Below, one piece after another: positions 58,044-64,000 of a stretch of DNA of 64,000 nt. The position numbers and the translations under genes are program-made. The notes under the pieces are model-generated. The model was given only the letters and a program-made list of their open reading frames with translations. It did no database searches and was not told the DNA's origin. Origin of the DNA: Planctomycetota bacterium (GTDB lineage: Bacteria; Planctomycetota; JAJSAM01; JAJVHW01); contig CBDFJG010000004.1 of assembly GCA_965248445.1 (NCBI GenBank), positions 1,975,880 through 2,039,879 on the forward strand, written 5' to 3'. Position 1 is the first letter of the stretch. Every line of letters begins with the position of its first letter.

Positions 58044-60854
58044 TCACGATCCGACAGCCCGGACTCCCCGATACGCGTACGGGGACGCCGGACGATCCGG
58101 CAGCACCATCAGCCGGGAGAGCGCTGTCACCGCAGCGACCACCCCGTCGATGCGCTTCTTCGAGTTCGTCTTGATCGGACGGACGTTCTCGTTCGCGTCC
58201 TCCTTCACGGCGGCGTTCGCGACGCACCACGCCATCGTCTTGTTCGCGTCGTGGTGGACGCGGCCAGCCTTCGTCAGCGCGTAGAGCACCTTGCAGGCGG
58301 CCGACAGCGTGCGCGGTCCCTGCCGCACCTCGACCGCGTCGAAGCCCGCCTTCTCAAGTTGGAGCGCGAACTGCAGCGCGTTCCACGGGTCGTAGCCGAT
58401 CTGCTTCACGCCGTAGCGCGGCGCGATCTCATCCACGATCGCGCGGTAGATGAAGTCGTAGTCCACGACGCTCCCGGGCGTGGTGCGCAGGTGTCCGGCG
58501 CGCACCCAGACGCCGTAGTCCACGCCGTCCTCGCGCGACCGTTCGTGCAGCCGGTCTTCGGGCATCCAGAGGTAGGGGACGACGGCCAGGTCGTAGTTGA
58601 TGGAGAGAACGCGTTTCACCGGCTCGCCCCCCTCGTCCAGGTCGGCGACCTCGACGCTCGGCGTGTCCGGCGTCGTTGGCGGCAACCGGAAGACCAGCAC
58701 GAACGCCGTCAGGTCCGTCGTGCTGGAGAGGTCGAGCCCGCCGGCGACGGGGAGACCTGCCAGCGTCTCTGCCGCTGGGAGCGCCGGGCACGCCTTCCAC
58801 CACTCGATGGGAATCCAGACGTCGGTGGTCTTCGTCCAGAGGTTCAGGTGCAGGCGCTTGAAGGCGTTCTGCTTGCGGGGCTCCGCAATGGCCGCGCGGC
58901 ACTCGGCTTCGAGGTAGTCGCGCTTGACCGTCACGTCGAGCGATGGGTTCGCCTTCGCCCACGTCGCCGGATCGCGCCAGTCGTCCTCGGGCGACGCCTC
59001 GAAGATGATCGGCAGGTACGTCTCGTCCTCGATCACGCCAGACATCACGCGGCGTGCGAACTCGTACTCCTCGTAGCACACCGAGTCGTGGTCATCGCCC
59101 GCCGTCGTGATCAGCACCACGATCGGCTGGCGCCTGGCGGCCACGCCCTTCGCGAGCGTCTCGTAGAGCTCGCGGTTCGGCTGCGTGTGGAACTCGTCGA
59201 AGAGCAGCGCGTGGATGTTGGGGCCGTGCCCTCCCTTCACGTCGGACGACACCACCTTGAACGACGAGCGCGTCTGCGGCACGACGATCGACCGGCGGAA
59301 GGTCTCCGAACGAGACGCGAGCGCCGGACACAGCTCGTTCATGTCACGCGCCTCGTTGAAGACGATGCCCGCCTGCTCGCGGTTGGCGGCCGCGGCGACG
59401 ATCTCTGCACCCGGCTCACGGTCGCAGTGCAGGAGGTAGAGCCCAAGCCCCGAGCACATTCCGCTGTTGTGCGTGGGCACCATTCCATCGCCGGCGAGGA
59501 ACAGCCCGTCGCGCGCGTCCACCTGGATGCAGCGCACCGGCACGGACGGAACCGGGTCGACAGCGACTACGTAGCGCGATGTCGAGCGCGGACGACGCTT
59601 CGGACGCGGCCTGAGTCGATTGCGTTTCCACGGCGTCCGGAACACCGGACGGTCGTCGGCGAACGAGCGGAACTGTATGTCGTAGCAGGCACCGCAGTCC
59701 TTGCCGTTGAGGACAGCCCGCTCCTCGCGCACGGACGGCTTGAACCCGAGGCTGCGCAGGAGCTCGACGATCCCGTCGCGCAGCCGCGGGTGGATCGTCG
59801 TGATCTCGCACTCGCCTGCCTTGCTCGCCGTGCCGTCGGTATCCATGAGCCCCCGCGCGAGCGCCATCCGCTGCTCGAACGAGGCGCGCAGGTAGACCGC
59901 CGGGATGTGCTTGTCCCCGAGCAGGCCGAGTTCGCGGAGCACCCGCTGGAGCGACTTGCCGTCAAGCACGCCGGGCTCGTTCTGGAGACCGAGTCGAAAG
60001 CGCGAGCAGCCGCGTTGCGCCGCCGTCTCGCGCAGCGGGATGCCCTCGTCCCAGACGTGCGCCAAGATGTCGAGATCGCGGTCATTGATCGTCACGCCGC
60101 TTCCCGCGGAGTCGCCGTCCCCGAGCCAGACGCCGAGTGTGTACGGCGGAACCGGCAGGTTCACGGGAGGGAGCCGCATCGCCGCCGCGACGGGGATGCG
60201 GTGGTTGTTCGAGCGCACACCCGCGCCGACGTAGGGGCCGCTCGGCGTCTCGTGCAGTTCCCGCGTGGTGCGGATCGCTCCCATGCGTCCCTTGGCCTGC
60301 TCGCCTGCGGCGCGCGACTCGGTGTACCAGAGGTGATCTGCGTCGGCGACGAGGGACGTGCCGTCCGAGAAGTGCACGCGGAAGCACTCGTGGCCGTGCA
60401 TGACGCCCGTGGTGGCGACGACACGCACCGGCCTGCCATCGGCCCCGAACACCCGGCCCCCGCGCCGCAACTCGCCCATCGTGCTCCAGCCCTCGGGTGT
60501 GGGGATCGGCGTGTCGAGGGCGAGCGCCTTCCCATTCTTCTTCGCGATCTCCAGGAAGACCCGTCGGAAGCGGCGACGCCCATCGCTCGCGCGCTTCCAC
60601 CCAAAGAGCGGACGGACGAGCAGGTCCCTCTGCCAGTCCAGGAGCTCGAACGCACGCCCCGCGAACTCGCCCTTCAGATGCCGCAGGAACGCCGGGAAGA
60701 ACTCCACCGCGCGTGAGGCGTCGGCCTCGTCGAAGTAGTACTTCCCGTCCTCGTCGTCGATCGCGATCGTCACGCCCGGCCAGCGGCGCCTGGCTTCAGC
60801 GTTCGCGAGGACGGCGGCAACCGTCGGGTCGGCGTCCTTCGCGTTACGTCCCAC
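58044..60854 (-). CDS. terL: Phage terminase large subunit (Terminase_1 type) containing an intein
   Basis: F.LLDWQ, RRFRRVFLEIAKKNGK|S Walker A, AANREQA, LFDEFH Walker B, ITTAG, ANPSL, GGLDLSSTTDLTA, YDPWN and RIDGVVA motifs. Confidence 0.95.
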   Translation of the reverse strand: MGRNAKDADPTVAAVLANAEARRRWPGVTIAIDDEDGKYYFDEADASRAVEFFPAFLRHLKGEFAGRAFELLDWQRDLLVRPLFGWKRASDGRRRFRRVFLEIAKKNGKALALDTPIPTPEGWSTMGELRRGGRVFGADGRPVRVVATTGVMHGHECFRVHFSDGTSLVADADHLWYTESRAAGEQAKGRMGAIRTTRELHETPSGPYVGAGVRSNNHRIPVAAAMRLPPVNLPVPPYTLGVWLGDGDSAGSGVTINDRDLDILAHVWDEGIPLRETAAQRGCSRFRLGLQNEPGVLDGKSLQRVLRELGLLGDKHIPAVYLRASFEQRMALARGLMDTDGTASKAGECEITTIHPRLRDGIVELLRSLGFKPSVREERAVLNGKDCGACYDIQFRSFADDRPVFRTPWKRNRLRPRPKRRPRSTSRYVVAVDPVPSVPVRCIQVDARDGLFLAGDGMVPTHNSGMCSGLGLYLLHCDREPGAEIVAAAANREQAGIVFNEARDMNELCPALASRSETFRRSIVVPQTRSSFKVVSSDVKGGHGPNIHALLFDEFHTQPNRELYETLAKGVAARRQPIVVLITTAGDDHDSVCYEEYEFARRVMSGVIEDETYLPIIFEASPEDDWRDPATWAKANPSLDVTVKRDYLEAECRAAIAEPRKQNAFKRLHLNLWTKTTDVWIPIEWWKACPALPAAETLAGLPVAGGLDLSSTTDLTAFVLVFRLPPTTPDTPSVEVADLDEGGEPVKRVLSINYDLAVVPYLWMPEDRLHERSREDGVDYGVWVRAGHLRTTPGSVVDYDFIYRAIVDEIAPRYGVKQIGYDPWNALQFALQLEKAGFDAVEVRQGPRTLSAACKVLYALTKAGRVHHDANKTMAWCVANAAVKEDANENVRPIKTNSKKRIDGVVAAVTALSRLMVLPDRPASPYAYRGVRAVGS
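59466..60527 (-). mobile_element. Class 3 (Ala1) intein with LAGLIDADG homing endonuclease, 354 aa
   Basis: Starts ALALDTPIPTPEGW and ends VPTHN|S. WCT triad in DHLW, VRCIQV and PTHN. Endonuclease motifs LGVWLGDG and RGLMDTDG. Confidence 0.92.
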
Positions 60855-61341
60855 CGGACGCGCCGAAGAACCGCTCGAAGGCCGGGTCCGCCGCGGCGCC
60901 CGGCGCGTTCGGGACCTGGACGCGGGCGCGCGAGGACGGCGTCATCCCGAACTCCACCAGGACCCGCACGAGCTGCTCGGTCGCCTTGGTCGCGATGGCG
61001 AGGTAGGGCGACTGCATCGGGTAGCCGTTCGGCGACATGATGATCGTGCCGTGCTCGCGCAGCTTCTCCTCGGCGTCCACGAGCCGCGCCCATGTGAGGC
61101 AGTACGTCGTGAGCGCGGCGCCGTCGATCTCCGACAGCAGCCCGAGGGCGTGGAGCTTCTTGGCCATGCGCCGCCACTCCGAGCGCGCCTCGCCCTGGAG
61201 CACCTTCGGGCACTTGGGGATCACGGCCTTCGGCCTCGGCTCCTTGGCGTTGAGCTTGCGCTTGCCGGGGTTGCCGGCCAGCACCTTGAGCGCCGTCGGC
61301 TTGGGCTTGCGGCCGCCGCCTGGTCCGCGCGACCTACCCAC
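60844..61341 (-). CDS. terS: Phage terminase small subunit, P27 family
   Basis: GRKPKPTALK.L.GNPGKR.LN, L...AR.EW, D..AL..YC, SPY and EFGMTPSSR motifs. Confidence 0.93.
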   Translation of the reverse strand: MGRSRGPGGGRKPKPTALKVLAGNPGKRKLNAKEPRPKAVIPKCPKVLQGEARSEWRRMAKKLHALGLLSEIDGAALTTYCLTWARLVDAEEKLREHGTIIMSPNGYPMQSPYLAIATKATEQLVRVLVEFGMTPSSRARVQVPNAPGAAADPAFERFFGASGGT

Positions 61342-61660
61342 AGCGCACCTCTCGTCGAGGGAGCCGCACGTACCGGATCGGGATGCCGATCGCCTTAGCT
61401 GCTGCGATCTCCGTTGCCATCCCGTCGGTGGGTGGTCCGAGGACGAGGACCTCGTCGGCGACCGCGAGCCACGCGAGTCCGGCGCCGATTCCGAGGGCGC
61501 GTTCTGCTGCGTCACCGTCGTCGAGAAACGTCGGGTAGAGCAGATGCGGCGCGAGCGGCGCATCCCCGGCGCGTGCCACCTCGCGGCACGCTGCTCGAGC
61601 AACCGTCGCGTTCGCGGCGACGTCACCACGGAGGGGCGAACAGACGAAGACGCGCTTCAT
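61334..61660 (-). CDS. Phage protein (DUF4406/nucleoside deoxyribosyltransferase-like fold)
   Basis: VFVCSPLRGD, P.APHL.YP.FLDD and GM..EI..A...GIP motifs. Confidence 0.75.
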   Translation of the reverse strand: MKRVFVCSPLRGDVAANATVARAACREVARAGDAPLAPHLLYPTFLDDGDAAERALGIGAGLAWLAVADEVLVLGPPTDGMATEIAAAKAIGIPIRYVRLPRREVRCG

Positions 61661-63057
61661 GCCGCGACCTCAGCAGTGACACGCTCGGCGGTCTTGCCGG
61701 TGAAGGCCTCCCACCGGCGCACGACCACGTCGCAGTACTTCGGGTCGATCTCCATCGCGAAGCACCGCCGGCGCTGCCGCTCGCATGCGATGAGCGTGGT
61801 GCCCGATCCGCAGAAGGGCTCGTAGACCTCGGGGAAGTCGTGGTTCGCGACGGGGCGCTCCATGCAGAGCAGCGGCTTCTGCGTCGGGTGGTCGAACTTC
61901 TCCTCCTTGCTCCCGGCCATGAGCTGCTTGGGAGACGCGACGTCCCACAGGTTCGACTGGTCGCGGGTGCCGATCCACCGCGCCGACTCGCCCTTGCGCA
62001 CGGCGTACCAGCAGGGCTCGGTCTGGTAGTGGTAGTGGGTCCGACTCAGGACGAAGTGCGGCTTGCGCCAGATGACCATCTGCCGGAGCTCGAGCCCGAT
62101 GCGGCGCAGCCCCTGGCCGACGTCCACAGTGAACGACGAGGCGTGCCAGACGTAGGCGACGCGAACGCTCGGCGCGAGCTCGAACGCGTCGGACCAGTCG
62201 GCCTTGGTGTCGCCGGAGATGGTCGTGTTCTGGTGCCCGTCGCGGCGCTGCATGTAGGACGCCTGCGCGGGACCGAGCGCGTTCTTGCCCGCGCGATCGC
62301 GCCACTCCATGTCGAGCTCGACGCCGTAGGGCGGGTCGGTGACCAAGAGGCCCGGCGTCGCGCCGTCGAGCAGCCGCGCGACGTCTGCCTCGTCCAGCGA
62401 ACTGCCGCAGAGCAGACGGTGCTCGCCGAGCAGCCACAGGTCTCCCGGCTGGGTGACTGGCTCCTCGGGCGGCTCGGGCACGGCGTCGGGGTCCGAGTTG
62501 CCGCGGGCCGCGGCGCCCGCGCGCGAGCCGAGCTTCGTGAGCATGGAACGCAGCGCGGCGTCGTTCGCTTCGGCCTCGCCGAGAAGTCCCGAGAGCTTCT
62601 CCGGGTCGGCCGTCGCCATCGCAGCGAGCGGGTCGAGGGACGCGAGGACCAGCGCCTCTTCCTCTTCGGACAGGTCCACGTAGATGACGGGCACGGTCGC
62701 CTCGCCCCGGGACCGCGCGAGATCCACGCGCAGGTGACCGTCCACCAGATGTCCGGTGCGGCGGTTGACGACCACGTCCTGGACCCAGCCGACCTGGTCG
62801 AGAAGCCCGCCGAGAGCGTCACGCTGCGCCGGCGGATGCTTGCGCCAGTTCTTCGGGTTCGCGGTGATCTCCTCGGGCGAGACGTCGCCGCGTCCGACGA
62901 TGCGAGAGCGCCAGCCCGGAGTCTCGGCAGACGCCGAATCGGGGGGATCCCCCCTTGCTCTTGTTTCGCGGACGCGCACGCGAGATTTTCCCGCCGGTCC
63001 TTTCGGCCGAGGCTGGCTCGTTCGATCCCGCCCCTCCCCTGCCACCTCGTCAGCCAT
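61657..63057 (-). CDS. ParB-like domain plus N4/N6 DNA methyltransferase (phage-type)
   Basis: NPKNWRKH, LVDGHLR, GDLW.LG.HRLLCG, TDPPYG, HPTQKP, EPFCGSGTT and EIDPKY motifs. Confidence 0.9.
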   Translation of the reverse strand: MADEVAGEGRDRTSQPRPKGPAGKSRVRVRETRARGDPPDSASAETPGWRSRIVGRGDVSPEEITANPKNWRKHPPAQRDALGGLLDQVGWVQDVVVNRRTGHLVDGHLRVDLARSRGEATVPVIYVDLSEEEEALVLASLDPLAAMATADPEKLSGLLGEAEANDAALRSMLTKLGSRAGAAARGNSDPDAVPEPPEEPVTQPGDLWLLGEHRLLCGSSLDEADVARLLDGATPGLLVTDPPYGVELDMEWRDRAGKNALGPAQASYMQRRDGHQNTTISGDTKADWSDAFELAPSVRVAYVWHASSFTVDVGQGLRRIGLELRQMVIWRKPHFVLSRTHYHYQTEPCWYAVRKGESARWIGTRDQSNLWDVASPKQLMAGSKEEKFDHPTQKPLLCMERPVANHDFPEVYEPFCGSGTTLIACERQRRRCFAMEIDPKYCDVVVRRWEAFTGKTAERVTAEVAA

Positions 63058-64000
63058 GGGAGAGGGCCTCGGCCGAGGCGAGTTCCGACACCTCCCCGGC
63101 GAGCCCGATGTCGGAACCGAAGGCGGCGAAGAGGAGCGGGAGCTCGTGGAGTGCGGCGCGAGCGGCGGGCTTGGACTGCGCGACGCGGTCGCGATCCTCG
63201 GGACGCACGCCGCGAACGCGGTAGGCGTCGATGGCGTCACGCAGCTTCTTGGCCGAGCGCAGCACCTCGGCCAGGTAGTCGCGCTCGCCGGGCTCGGTCA
63301 GCTCGCGGAGTTCTGCGAGGGTCTCTGCGCCGAGTTCGAGCGCCTGCTCGATCTGTTGGCGCGAGAGCTTGATCTGGCGGTTCAGCACCGCGCGGCGCGC
63401 GTGGGGGACGGCGCGCTCCAGGGCATCCACCGCCTCGGCGAACGCGGCGGCGCGACGGACGGTCTTCTCGCCGACGCCAGCAGCGGAAGCGAGGCGCACC
63501 GAAGACTGGTCACTTTGACCAGTCTTCCCTCGCCGGCCGTGCTCCCGCTTCTCCGCGCTGTACTGCCGCCCGAGGTAGTACATCGCCCAGTGCGACGTGA
63601 GCGAGCGCCGGGTCCGCTGCGCCGTGACGAACCACGCAACCGCCGCCGCGCGGTCGGGGAAGGAGAGCTTCGTGACCTGGAACGCGATGCCGTCCTCGCG
63701 ACAGATCGCCAGCCGGTTGTGGCCGTCGAGCAGGACGTCCTGCTCCTGCCACACCACCAGCGCGTCGCGGCAGCCCTCGGTGCGGAGCGACTCACGCAGC
63801 GCCGCGCGCGTGGCGTCGTCCATCGGCGCACCGAGTTCGACGAGTTCGGGGTCGATGCGGGGCGACCCGGTGGCGGCGGTTGCCTCGCGAAGAACGTAGG
63901 GAACGTCGTCTGCTCGACGGAGCCGCGTCCACTTGGGCTCGCCCTTGGCCTTCGCGTAGACGCGGGAGCACCGCGGCGGCGAGATCGGCAGGTCGAATGA
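63050..64000 (-). CDS. ParB N-terminal-like domain protein (5' end outside the window)
   Basis: L.ESL..EGCRDALVVW...LLDGHNR..IC, Q..RR.L and an HTH-like LASAAGVGEKTVRR; the frame is open to the window edge. Confidence 0.75.
   Translation of the reverse strand, partial: SFDLPISPPRCSRVYAKAKGEPKWTRLRRADDVPYVLREATAATGSPRIDPELVELGAPMDDATRAALRESLRTEGCRDALVVWQEQDVLLDGHNRLAICREDGIAFQVTKLSFPDRAAAVAWFVTAQRTRRSLTSHWAMYYLGRQYSAEKREHGRRGKTGQSDQSSVRLASAAGVGEKTVRRAAAFAEAVDALERAVPHARRAVLNRQIKLSRQQIEQALELGAETLAELRELTEPGERDYLAEVLRSAKKLRDAIDAYRVRGVRPEDRDRVAQSKPAARAALHELPLLFAAFGSDIGLAGEVSELASAEALSHG

Noticed and set aside
57939..60716. 925-aa plus-strand ORF and other long antisense ORFs (e.g. 27880-29766, 32960-34759, 61414-63372)
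   Set aside because: Shadow frames opposite well-supported genes, as expected in high-GC DNA; no motifs.

Overview
High-GC bacterial chromosomal window. The secreted hydrolases, DUF1570-like proteins and MoeA N-termini suggest a Planctomycetota-like organism (inference only). It has four zones. (1) 1-18.4 kb is a heavily rearranged, IS-rich region. It holds a truncated IS66, a 3' half-tRNA-Pro att-like core with symmetric flanking repeats, two matching inverted IS3 copies around an inverted piece of the neighbouring gene, an intact IS1380, genes carrying 7-9 bp tandem duplications, and tRNA-Gly. (2) 18.4-42.3 kb looks like core genome: a GT4 glycosyltransferase, esterases, a Ski2/HelY-like helicase, a YitJ-type methionine enzyme, an extra-long GlmS-like protein with an internal Cys, agmatinase, a MoaD-MoeA fusion, MoeA-PBP and a truncated aldehyde:ferredoxin oxidoreductase. 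(3) 43.4-56.3 kb is an IS-bounded island and the best candidate for an undescribed system. It encodes a secreted, C-terminally anchored protein with 36 consecutive C-[S/T]-xxxx units. Downstream is a translationally coupled operon: an erythromycin-esterase-family lipoprotein, a helical protein, two paralogous membrane proteins with GATase-like/DUF4350-type domains (one resembling a degenerate exosortase) and a small membrane protein. (4) 58-64 kb is a prophage-like packaging module: ParB-like gene, DNA methylase, P27 small terminase and a large terminase with a class 3 LAGLIDADG intein, with no portal gene following. All family calls come from motif recognition by eye; no database searches were run.
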